64,000 bases of DNA from the NCBI GenBank assembly GCA_027604505.1, contig JADIIX010000058.1, positions 62,001 to 126,000 on the forward strand. Direction: 5' to 3'. The notes under the pieces were generated by a model. It worked only from the letters and a program-made list of their open reading frames with translations. It was not told the DNA's origin and searched no databases. Of this stretch, positions 41,583 through 53,224 are shown piece by piece. Within the stretch, counting starts at the first letter, position 1; each line of letters starts with the position of its first letter. The stretch is from Gonapodya sp. JEL0774 (Eukaryota). The position numbers and the translations under genes were made by a program.

Positions 41583-43071
41583 ATGGCTTCTGAGGTCACA
41601 ATATCAGCAAAAGCAATCATCGACCGTCTTCCGGTCTCCACCTCCCGGGTTGCATGGTATGTAATCTTCGAAACCCCACGCTAGGATGGAATCGCTCACT
41701 CATCGGTTCCTCTCGTGTAACAGGAACAGACGAGACTTGATTTTGTATGCCCTTGGGGTTGGCGCCAAGGAATTAAAATTCATTTATGAGCTCGATCCCA
41801 ATTTCTCTCCACTTCCGTTCTACCCATTGTGTGTCGGAGCTAAAGGAGAATCGCAAGATGTAGTTAAATTTGGTGGCGGTGGTCGTGCCTTCCCACAGAT
41901 TCCGGGAATCACTCTGGATGTGAGGAAAATTGTCAATTGATTTATTTGTTACCGGGTGGACTCATCACTTCTCTCCTCTAAAGTTGACCAAGCTCCTTCA
42001 TGGAGAGCAATCCATTGAAATTCTCCAGCCCATTCCTTTGGAGGGTAGCTTCAAGTCCGTCTCAAGGACTTCGGGAATTTATGATCTGGGGAAAGCAACT
42101 GTACTCACAAAGTACGTCTGACAGCCATTCTCCACCTGAGCTACCCTCTTGGGCAATTCTCTCACTCCTACTTCATTTTAAGCGAATCCGTTTACTATGA
42201 CAAGAACGACCAGCCAATGGTTCGACTCGAGGGCGCCTCGTTCTTCCGTGACTCGGGCGGTTGGGGTGCGTTCTCACCTCTGTGGAAATCATTTCATGTA
42301 TGACTTCATATACCATCTATAACGTGATAGGTGGACCTCGTCGCCCCAAGGACCCTCGCGATGTTGACGTACCAAAAGACCGCAAGCCCGATAAGGTGAA
42401 TCGGAAATTTCAACTACGTTTCTCCTTTCACTCATTGTCTTACAACGTGGCATGTCTTTTTTTTTTTTTTGGTCTTCTTTGCGTCGATGGGGAAACAATC
42501 GGTAGGTTGAGACCCACCAAACTTCCCCCGATCAGGCAATGCTCTATCGCCTCAGTGGGGACTACAACCCCCTTCACGCGGTACGTCTCCTCCAGGTGTA
42601 GTGGGAGAGATTGGTTTGTTTATGTCTTTTATCAGGATCCCAAACTCGCCACGAGTGTTGGATTCAAAGCTCCGATTCTCCACGGCCTTTGCACGTATGG
42701 GCACTGCTCTCGAGGTGCGTCTGCAATGACATATAGATCGTGCTCAAGTCACTCGAACCATTCGCCTCCCCTTTCGACCTCCCAGCCATCCTGAAGGCCT
42801 GGGCTGATAACGACTACAAGCGGTTCAAGTCTATTCGCGGTCGCTTCCTGACTCCCGTTTTCCCTGGGGAGACCCTCGAACACAACATGTGGCTCGTCAA
42901 AAAGGAAAAGGATGAGATCACCGTTGCCTTCCAGGTTCGTGTTGAATCTTTGGTTGTATTCACTCTCACTCATTGATCACAAATCGCCATCATTAGACTA
43001 AAATAAAAGAGAGAAATGCGCCGTGCCTTTCTGGTACTGCGGTTGTTAAAGCAGCAGGCTCGAAGCTCTGA
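41583..43071 (+). CDS. Standalone (R)-specific enoyl-CoA hydratase 2 (MaoC/double hot-dog), PTS1 -SKL
   Basis: RDLILYALGVGA, LLHGEQ, hydratase-2 motif YRLSGDYNPLH|.DP, PILHGLCTYG, RFLTPVFPGETL, C-terminus GSKL*. No SDR domains are present upstream. Confidence 0.9.
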
Positions 43072-43498
43072 AAAAACCTCTGGACGGAAGAGGAAAAACC
43101 AGTTTAACACCACCAATCCGGCGTCTCCGCCCCTTCTCCATCTTTCTCCTCAGATAGGAAATAAATGCTAAAACTGCACCACAAAGAATACTGATAATTC
43201 AACCGCTCCCGTGCATTTAGGAAAGGGTAGTGGAAAGTTTGTTGTTTTGAGGACGATGGTGATAAATGAATCAACATAAATAGCGTTCAATATTCCCTCG
43301 TTGCATCAGCCCTCCTGAGATCGTTTCGCTTTGAGGATAGCCACATCGTGGAGGGCCTGAATCACTACACTACTTCCCGAGTCGGTGGATTTGGCTTGGT
43401 CGTTTGGTATCCTCGAAATTGGTTGAGTCGGAGCTCTCCCAAAGCGAACTCGTTCAGTACCAGCCGTATCGTCGCTGCTACGCCTGCGCTCATAAGAA

Positions 43499-46494
43499 AT
43501 GACCACTGCAAACCCCATGGAGACGGCAATTCAGAGGGCGGATGCGGCCACTCCGACAGCGAACGGTTCGTCAGCGACACAATCTGATCTGCCCAAAGTC
43601 ACTGTAGTACGGAAGGCTTCATCTGCAAATACGATTTTCGAAGAGAGGAAGGGAACCGCGCCGCACGGGACGGAATCGGGACAGTTGCCCGTCGTAGTCA
43701 AGAAGAAACCACCTTCACCGACTGGGTCGAACCCGAATTTGGTGGTTTCATCACCATCTGCTCCTTTGGAGCTTTCTTCTACTCGACAGCTCTTGCCAGC
43801 TCCGGTGACGACAGCCCATGGCGCCCTCGCACCTGATGCTAGTCCGGAAGTTACCGGACTTGTTGCACCTCGCACAGTTTCCCCAGTATCACCATCTTCT
43901 CAGGCATCCAGTGAATCTCATTCTGTAACCACTGCCTGTTCTACCTCGGACACTGTTTCGCATCATGGCAACGGTGAATCTTTCGCTCGAGGACACACTC
44001 CACGGCCGTCCCTCAGCAATTTGTCGGTACACCCTCACGTCTCTCTGCAGCGAAAGGGCAGTATGGGCAAAACAGCGTTGAGTCGCTCGGCATCCTTTTC
44101 AGACCCGGATTCGCCCACATCTGCGGGTCCCTCACAACCAATCACTCGAGAAACCAGTAGCAACTCCATTCACAGCACCAGCTCATCACATGCGAGCCCC
44201 ACTACCGCCTCGCCAGTTCCTCAGAAGAAATCTGGATTCTTTAGTCGGGTGTTCAAATTTGGTGAGGACAGCGACGACAAAGATAAGGACCCTCATCGGG
44301 AGGAGGAATTAGGTGGCCGACCTGGCACTCAGTCCCCTCGCCGTGGTTCTCGTGATGATGTCTTCTCCCTTGGTCGTCGAAACTCAGACAATCATCATCT
44401 TTCGACCTCACCCTCCACACCACACAATGTCGGGGAGCACAGCTCTATATTCAAGGATCTTATGACCCCTCAAAAGATCGCACAACGGACTCACTCTCAG
44501 TCAACTCTTTCGTCGTCTGATGGACATGCTGTGGATTCTGAGTCGGAACACCAAGTCTCTGGAGCTATCCTTACCCGATCTCCCTCTTCCCATAGTCTCT
44601 TCCGCCTCCCCTTTGGCCATAAGAGGGAACCAAGCAACGCGAGCAAAGAGGCTGCGAGGACTAAGCTTTCGGCTCTAGTGATCAATAAGGCAACTATGAC
44701 TTCGGAACTCTCACCGGCAGTTTCGCCAGCGCCTTCGTCAGCCGGTCAATCGTTGGATGCACCTTTATCAGCTAATCCCATCTCACCCTCCCCCTTGTCA
44801 TCGACCCTTGTCTCACCGGCCACGACCGTCACAGTGGCTCATCCACCACATTCGGAAACCTCGAAACCACTGCAGAAGGAGGACGAAACACGATCGCACC
44901 ACTCCCTGTTCAAAGATCTCATTCGTGGAAAGTCTAAGCGAGACATTGTGCAATCGGATCGGGGGGTTGCTGTTTCGACCGACTTGACTAGCGCCAGCGT
45001 GACTTCGTCTGTTTCGTCGGAGACAGTTCCTCGGGGAATAACACTCAGTTTTTGTGATAAGTACGGCAAAGTTGATGAAGTACTCGGGAAAGGAGCGTAT
45101 GCGGTGGTGAAGCTGGCACATAAGAAGGAGGGGGCCGCGGAAAAGTGTTTCGCAGTAAAAGTGAGCTTGGAAGATTGATCATTCGGCTTGGAGTGGCGAT
45201 CGCTCAAACAACAATTGCATACGAAACAGGAATTTCGCAAGAGGAAAAAGGATGAATCGGAGAAAGATTTCATGAAGAAGCTAACTGCAGAGGTACCAGG
45301 ATCCAGTTCCTTCCTTCTGTATTCTGTTGCTGAGCAATGTTGCTCTTGATTCAAACAGTTCAGCATCAGCTCTTGCTTGCATCACGAAAACGTGATAGAA
45401 ACACTTGACTTGATACAGGCGAGTCTCAAGTTCGCTCTCCTGACACGGTTCTGCTCTGTTTGAACGGGACTGCAATTTCTCCTGGTAACAGGATGAGCAG
45501 CATCACTGGTGTGAGGTCATGGTGAGTAAGCAAGTACGCATTTTCTAGCCAGGTCTTCATGACTGAGAAAGGCAATCGGACTCGTCTTGCAGGAGTACTG
45601 CGCCGGTGGTGACCTCTATGCCCGAATAGTGTCGGGTACTTTGACCGATATCGCTGAGATTAATTGTTATTTTAAGCAACTAGTTCTTGGCGTTGCCTAT
45701 ATCCACACTCTTGGAATCGCTCACAGAGACTTGAAGGTACGAAAACGACAGTGATGTTCGTGTGGACTTAATAGTGATAAGTTGACGAGAATGGCCGTTT
45801 GAAATCCTCTCCATTCTAGCCCGAAAATCTCCTCCTGGATTCAGAAGGACGCGTACTGAAAATCAGCGATTTCGGGGTTGCAACCATCTTCCGAGGTCCA
45901 TCTGACGGGAAGGAGTCGACGACCAAGTCCAAAGGGATTGCCGGTTCTTCTCCTTACATCGCACCGGAAGAACTGACCGACAGCGAGTACGATGCCCAAA
46001 AGGTGGACATTTGGGCGGCCGGAGTGATTTACTACACTCTGCTGTACAATTCAGTCCCTTGGCAGAAAGCTTCCAAGTCGGATCCGCACTACAAGTACTT
46101 TTTGTCGCATAGAAATGGGCAGGTGATTGATGTATCTTGGAGTTCCTGTGAAACGCGCCGTGTTGTTGATGTGTTCTCGAATTCTACTCCTCAGTTTTGG
46201 CCGATTGACCGTCTGCCCCCCGGCCAACGCAAACTGGTAAACCGTATTTTAGATCCCAACCCTTTGACACGGATCAAGATGGAACAAATACTTGCGAACG
46301 AGTGGTTCCAGTCGATTCCCTTCTGCCGGTCGGATGGGTCTTGCAAGTCGGTGTTGAATCCCGACGGTTCTATCCCGCATCTTCATCCAAAACCCATTGA
46401 GACGCACAAGCTTTCACAAGATCAGCGAAATGGCGCTCATGACCGTTATGGTAGCGGGAGCGCAAGCGGGACGGCGAGTGTGCGGAGCCGTTAA
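43499..46494 (+). CDS. Ser/Thr protein kinase, fungal HAL/NPR family (Sat4/Hrk1-like)
   Basis: Long Ser-rich N-terminus; KYGKVDEVLGKGAYAVVKL, FAVK|EFRKR, KKLTAE|FSISSCLHHENVI, HRDLK|PENLLL, DFG and GSSPYIAPEE. Confidence 0.92.
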
Positions 46495-46761
46495 TAATCA
46501 TAATATAGCAGGATTGTTTTGCATATCTCCTGAATGATGTCATTGGATGTTTGGGTATTAGACTTATTTAAATGCAATGTCGGAGCTTGATCGTATTGAT
46601 GACTTTGGAAGTTGAGACAGTTTCACGCCTGTCGGAGGGACGGAAAGGGAAGGGGGTTGTGGGGGGGGTGGTGGTGGGTGGTTAGTGTGGGGCATTGTGG
46701 CGAAGGGCACCCACCCGGATAGATACCAAACGACGCCCATTGTGTGAAAGGGGTGGATAAG

Positions 46762-46771
46762 NNNNNNNNNN
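46762..46771. other. Assembly gap (10 N) flanked by poly-C
   Basis: An N run followed by about 18 C. Confidence 0.99.
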
Positions 46772-46914
46772 CCCCCCCCCCCCCCCCCCGCGGGCCTTGG
46801 GGAGGAGGGGAACCCCCCGGACTCTTTCCCATCCTCTCGCCCTTGTCGTCACGGGGGTTGAACTTTAAGTACTCTTGTAAAGTGTCCCCGACATTTCTGT
46901 TATACCATATTAAA

Positions 46915-49900
46915 TCAAGACCTTGCTACCTTCGCCACCGCGCTACTCAGCAATCTAGAGCAAACATCGACTGCGCCTTCCACATCCGTTGCTAGATCTT
47001 CATTCGAAGATTGTCTATGGGTATTGCCTATCGAGAGCAAGTCCAACGGTGTCAGCCCCATTGCATCTTTAGATAACGGGTCAGCCCCTTTCTGTAGTAT
47101 ATACGCTATCGCTTCAATGTCCTCTGTCAATGCTGCGTAATGAAGTAGAGTTCGGTAAGCAGGGTTTGGCAATGTCAGTCCGTCAGGTGCTACAAAGAGA
47201 AGTGGATCGTGTATTTGGGGATCCAAATGGGATTCATCAACAGCATTGATATTGGAGCCGTTCTGCGTCGTCATTGTTGAGATTATCAAGCGACTTCAGA
47301 GAGTGTGAAAGCGTCACGTACCTGAAGGAGGAATTCAACCAGAGAAAACCTCGATATCGTTGCTAAATCCGTAGGATCCTTGACCGAGCGATTTTTCATC
47401 ATCGGATAGTCCATCGCCACGTGCAAAACGTGTCGACCGTTCATTCGGTGATTCAGATCCGCTCCCAATGCCAACGCGGATAATACTCCGGTGAAGTCAG
47501 TGCGACTGACACTCAAAATGAGTAGGCTGTTCGCTGCCGCCCCTGTCGCACCGAGAGAGCGATCCACAAATAGTCGGTCCCCGTACTTGTTTCGAATGAA
47601 AGCCGATTTCACGTCACGAGGGTGCGATTGTATCGGTCGTTGGACACCTTTCTCAGAACATGTCGCTTCCCACACTGCGTTGGACACATTGTTTCCGATG
47701 GCACGGAACATGCCCGATAATTCTGGAGTCCATGTCGAAGTATCCAATGTCACTGATCGAACTTTGGAGATGTGAGTGCCCAAAGATCGGTGAATTCCCG
47801 AACAATCTTTCGAATCAAGAGACGATCATCCGGAAAACATGAGCAATCGCTCCACAAGTTACACACGACAACTCACCAATGCATATTAAACATCCAAGGT
47901 TGATGGAGCTCCAATCCGGATTCCTCGCACCACAGTCCGCACACATCTGGTTCGCTGGGTCCTCCCTAAGCATCTCGAGAAGCTTCACGTAGTCAAATTG
48001 TCCTTCAGGATGCTTGCTTCCGCCAGCCGGGGAGGACCCTTCCTTATCCAAGTCGAAGAACGACGTGTTGCCCTGCAAAAGTCCTTCGATCGCGTTTTGT
48101 ATGGTGCTGATCCAACCACGCATTTCCACCTCGTCTGTAGCCTGGTATACTCGGCGCCCGACTTCCGGACCTATCACCTCAAAACAAAATCGGCGCTCCG
48201 CGTTGCGAGCTTCTCGAACGGTGCAAAATCGCAAGCGCACAATTCCGTTCTTGTCGGGGATTAGGCCCATTTTCCAGTTTGCGTACTCTGGGGATGTTGC
48301 AAGCACGAGACCACAACAAGAAACGGCAATTGAGGAGGTTCTGGCCTCCGTAACTTAGCGCACTCCCTCTCTCACCTTGCAACTGGCCGTTTGACAAGAC
48401 CACCCACATCTTCTTATACCCAGCTCCACCACTATTATTGGATATGTTGAGTTGCACCGACGCCGCATACAGAAAGCCCTAACAGAGAAAGTAAATGTGC
48501 TGCTGTTGTGCGCGTGGAACACTGCACCACCTACTTCTTTCCTTCTGCCCGCTCCATCACCCTCATGACCCTGCTGCTGCTGTAGATCTCGAATGCCTTT
48601 GAACTTAGCGCTCAAAAACGGACTGGGCGGGCCAGAACTCTCTACACCGCCCTGCATGGTGCCCGAGTAGTCTGAAACGGGTGCGCCCGGCGACGTGTAG
48701 AACGAGTCCGCACCACCCGTGCCTTCCACGGCAATGACAGCTGAAGCTCGGGTTTCGAGTATACGACGCTTTTCTTCACGGTCTTTCCGGAGGAGGTGCA
48801 TCGATTTGGTTCTGTCCGAAACCTTTCATGATTGAATGACAAGAGTTCTTGGTTCATTCAATAGAGCCAACTACTACAAATAAACGCTTCAATGACCGCA
48901 CCTGATTTACAAGCCTGTCCAAATCCGATTTTCCATCTAGCATTTTCTGACCAACCGCGGTGTAAAATTGACACTGCTTCTCTGCAAAGTTAGAAAAGAT
49001 GAATGACAGCTCTTGATCCTGAGTACGAATCAAAGGAGCAGTGATCCTGATGGTGTGGTCACGTCGAATGACTTATTGTGGAAAATCTCACCTTTTCCCC
49101 TCCATTTAACTCTCTCAAACGGCTGTAGTAATCGAACCTGACCACAATCACAAAGCAATCTCAACAATTCAGCGGGTCGTCCCTAAAAACCGCATCTCGG
49201 CTCACTCCAGACAGGACATTCCACCCACCTCTTTAAATCAAACGTCTTTCTTCTGGCTTGATACCGAGCGTCCGATTCCGCCCTTTTCCTTGCGCTTTCG
49301 TCAGACGGCATGGCCAGATGCTTGGTCAAGAAGGCGTAGTAGGCGTTGGATTCAGATTCAAATTCTTTTTTGAGGGTATCCATAATCTTGACATCAGATT
49401 CGTAGCTGCGAGAAACGTGGTGAAACATTTCAAGACGAGCTTCCAAAACGTCTCCTCAATCCAGGATTTCTCCGGGACACCACGTACTCACATCTTTCGA
49501 AGCGGCTGTACCAATAATCCCTCGATATTACTCAACCAGCGCACATATGACGCCTGTATATGCCCGTCGGTCATCGCCAGGTACGCGCCCAACGAGGTGT
49601 CCAGGGTGGGGATTTCTGATACGCTGAGCGATAAGTTGATCCACGTCCGAATGCACATCCAGAGTGTTCAGATAACTCTCACACTACAAGCCACCACATC
49701 GCACGCAAACTCACCTCTCCACAAACCCCCTCTGTGCCTCCACACTCCCTCGCGCCGCCTCCAAGTACTGAGTCGCGGCTCTCAGGGCTTTCTTTAAAGC
49801 AGCCCTTAAGGACTCGGTCTTCTTCTCCAGCTCCGCAACTGTGGCTCGAAATAGCGGACCATCCGATAGCAAATCGGCCAGAGACACAGCAGGCGCCGGG

Positions 49901-50518
49901 GCGGGGGAAGTGGGGAATGGCAGTGGCAAGGACGCCTGATGCGAGGCGGCCGGCCCCGATGCTGACGTGGCTTGCTTCCCCATACCCAAGCCCGCCCACA
50001 ACCCCCCCGGAAACGACCCTCTGCGCTCTCTGGAGGGACCGTCCAACAGCCCCGCAAGAGCCGCGACTGCTGACGTGGGACCTGTCAACTGCCCGGTTCC
50101 CCCACCAGGCCACGCAACGGGGACAGCGGTCCCCGCACTGGCGAGAGTCGAGGTGGTGCAGGGAGCGCCGCCATCAAGATCTGTGCTAGTGACGCGACCG
50201 TGAGCAGAACCGACACTGGGTGTGCGCGATAGGCCTGGGAATTCTGAGGTGGAGGAAGATGCGGATGGGGGTGTTGAGGGTGCGCGGGGTGGTCGGGAGA
50301 GGGTGGTTGGGGTTGGAGTCGAGGAGAAGGTCCGAGAGGGAGAAATTGGAGTGTTGGGAGTGGGTGGGAGGGTTGTCGGGGTCGCAGGCGATGTGGATGA
50401 TGACGTTGGTCTGGTGTGTGGTGTGGAAGGAGGCGGACTGGGATGAGCTGTGGTATTTGTAAGCTGCGACGGGAGCGAGATGGGGAGTGGTGGTGATATG
50501 GTTGTCGGGGAAGAGCAC
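46915..50518 (-). CDS. BAR-PH-ArfGAP-ankyrin protein (centaurin-beta/ACAP/Csx2-like); both ends approximate
   Basis: BAR start DGPLFRATVAELEKKT; PH segments YKKMWVVL and RRFCFEVI...YQATDEVEMRGWISTIQ; ArfGAP zinc finger CADCGARNPDWSSINLGCLICI|.CSGIHRSLGTHISKVRSVTLD; ankyrins TLLHYAA...KGADP...GLTPLDL. Confidence 0.92.
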
Positions 50519-51188
50519 TGGTCTGCGACGGGTACGACGATGGAGGTGCGTTAGTCACCGCGAACAAATCCGAAACACAATCTCCAGCACGATCACACCC
50601 GCATGACACCACGTGAATGGTTGGATATGCATGCACAACGTTTTCTCGTTTGCACAGTACCGCTGTGCTCACATTTTACCCAGTAGGAAAACGACGACAA
50701 GAGGTAGTATCGGTTCACACTGAGGTTTTTCATTGATTTTCATTGTATTCGGTGGCAGTCACCGGATGAAAGTTATCATTCGAGTTTGTATCCACATGGG
50801 GATGAGGGTCAGGGGTTGTTCGTGAGACCCGCCAAAGTATGCACAAAGTATGCATACCAAAATGCTACCTCGAACTCACTCGCTCCTCCACTCGACGAAA
50901 TTTGCCTCACACCTGTACCCCCCCGCCTGTTTCGCCGCTGCTTGGTCCGGTGGGGGAGGGGCGACGACTGCCGGAGTGATAGTGTGTACGAGTGAGAGTG
51001 GGAGGTGATGCAAGAGTAAGCATTGTAAGACCAGCATATAAAATATTCTGAAACCCAACTTGACCTCACGACACTCGACAGGCCGACAAGAAGAGAACCC
51101 ACCGACGTCCCCCTCCCACTCGCACAATGCCATGCCCCCATCTGTCGCTACGATGTTGTGGGTGAAAGGGTGCAGGCGAGATGGCTGC

Positions 51189-52942
51189 TTAGTATCGAGT
51201 GGGATTTGGTTTCGCAAGGTGATTGGGAAGGCGGAAGATGGAGAGTGAGACAGTGAGCTGCACGACACGTTGGCTCGTTTGTTGGCTCGCATTGTGTTTG
51301 CCATCAGTGGCGCCCAACACGATTTTCCCACGGCTCAGAATCGTAGTGCCGACGATTAGGCCATCACTCCTTCCCCATTCGACCAAATTCCATTTCCATT
51401 CCACCAGGCTACTTCCTTCTGCGCTATCACTCATCCGCACAATCTCCACACAAGCCAACATTCTCACACCCACCTTCCCGGCAACCACTGACGCAACCTG
51501 CTCCCCCAGTCCTGTCGCCACAAACGACACACTAGGTCGACTTCCATACACTCTATACCGGGCTCTGAGTTGGACTGGGTCATTCGGGAATGAGAAGCAC
51601 ATTGGGCGGGGGGGTGGGGGTGGTGGTTGGGTGATCGAGGATGGAGAGGGGAGGGAGAGGGGAGGAAGCGAGGGTGGGAGGGGGGGTAGGTGGAATGGAA
51701 GGGGGGGTGAAGGGGGCTGGGAGGTGGGTGGGGAGGACGGGGAATCGGGAACAGATTGAGACTGGCTTGTGAAGACATACTACACCTGTGGTCCGCTCCA
51801 AAACTACTCCTCCTTCAGCCCCACCACGAGCCCCATCCACCTACGGAGTTGAGAATGGTTATCACTGCCCGACACAGAGCTACAAACTGTGTGCGTGTTT
51901 GTGGCTCGATCCTTATTCCTGATAGGAACCCCTAGGCACCACCTAATTCGCTGCTTCCACCGTTCCACTCCGTCTGGTCCCAACACGTGCAGTAAGACTT
52001 TTGTGGCCATCTCGGGTGCTTGCTCGTGCCAACGAGCACTGGGACTCCGCCTGGCAAGTTGGCTCATATCGCTGCGCAAACTCCTTTCACAACAGGTAAC
52101 CAGCCTGACATTCGTCAAAAAATCACAGTTCCAAGCATCCTCAACTCTGCGAAACCACAAAACACTGCGAACCAAAGCCCTTGCCCCCGGTCGGTCGCAT
52201 CTCATTGTGACACCCCATGTCCGGGCTAGGACCACGGTTGCATCTCTCCACAAATCTACCAGTACAAGAACTTTTTTTTGGTTGGTGCTTTGGGAAGCTC
52301 ACATTGAGAGAAAAGGTCTGCGAGTGGGTTTCCTCGCGTGTATGTGTCGTGAGTGACGGTGGGGGCGAGGGCTGGGAGCGAGAAGAAGGAGCAAGAGCGT
52401 TTGCCAAATGAGCGACAAAGTCCCTTTGGAGTGAGGTATTGCTCGAGTAAGCATCGACGTCAAAGGTGGAGAAACCACAGACCAAGGGCGCGCCTGCGGG
52501 GTCTGATGTTGGGGACGAGAGCGGTACGAGGGAGACGTTCTGGTTTGCGTGGTCGAACTCTGCGCGAAAGTGGAGCAGAGAAGGGTTTGAGGCAGCAGAG
52601 GAGGATGCGAGAGGGTTTGGGAAAGAGAGCGTAAGCTCATCCACGAGAACTGGTAGGGGAGAGGGGGAGAGGGAGGGGAGAGCGGGAGACAAGAGAAGAG
52701 AACGGAGTCTGGAATGAGCGAGAGTGGGAGACATGAGGTGTGGGGACACAGAGACACGTGCATCGTCGAGAGGCGAGCAGGAGTGGCTGGGAGACACTCA
52801 GCCCGCTCAGTCCGCTGAGTCCGCTTCCGCTTCCTGTTCCTGTGTTGCCACCGGCAGCCGCAACGCCACTTCCCGTCCCCGCGCCTGCTCCACTTCCGTT
52901 CCCGCCCACGCTGTGTCGATGTGACGACTGGCCGGCTCCCAT
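51189..52942 (-). CDS. Hypothetical multi-exon protein with N-myristoylation-like start (MGAGQS)
   Basis: Consecutive minus-strand open frames: MGAGQSS...Gly/Ser-rich; LLHFRAEFDHANQNVSLV; VEDAWNCDFLTNVRLV; QLRARYRVYG. The exon joins are not fully resolved. Confidence 0.45.
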
Positions 52943-53224
52943 TCTCCAGCAGCTCTGCTGATCGAGGAAAGCGTGATCCGCTGTATCTGGATCTGATTCG
53001 GGCTGTTGAATGATTGCACAGAGTCGCTTCACAGCTGGAGTGCGTGGGTCGTCTCTGGGGTCTGTGCTGTGGTCGATCAGCATGCAGGGATGATCCACAG
53101 CTCATCGCGGAAACACATGGGCGACTCTGCAAGCAAAATGGAATTCTATTTATTGGTACACGTTTCTTCACATTATGGGATCGTCATGATCTTTTTCCCC
53201 TCCTCCATTCTTGTCCCGAATTCG

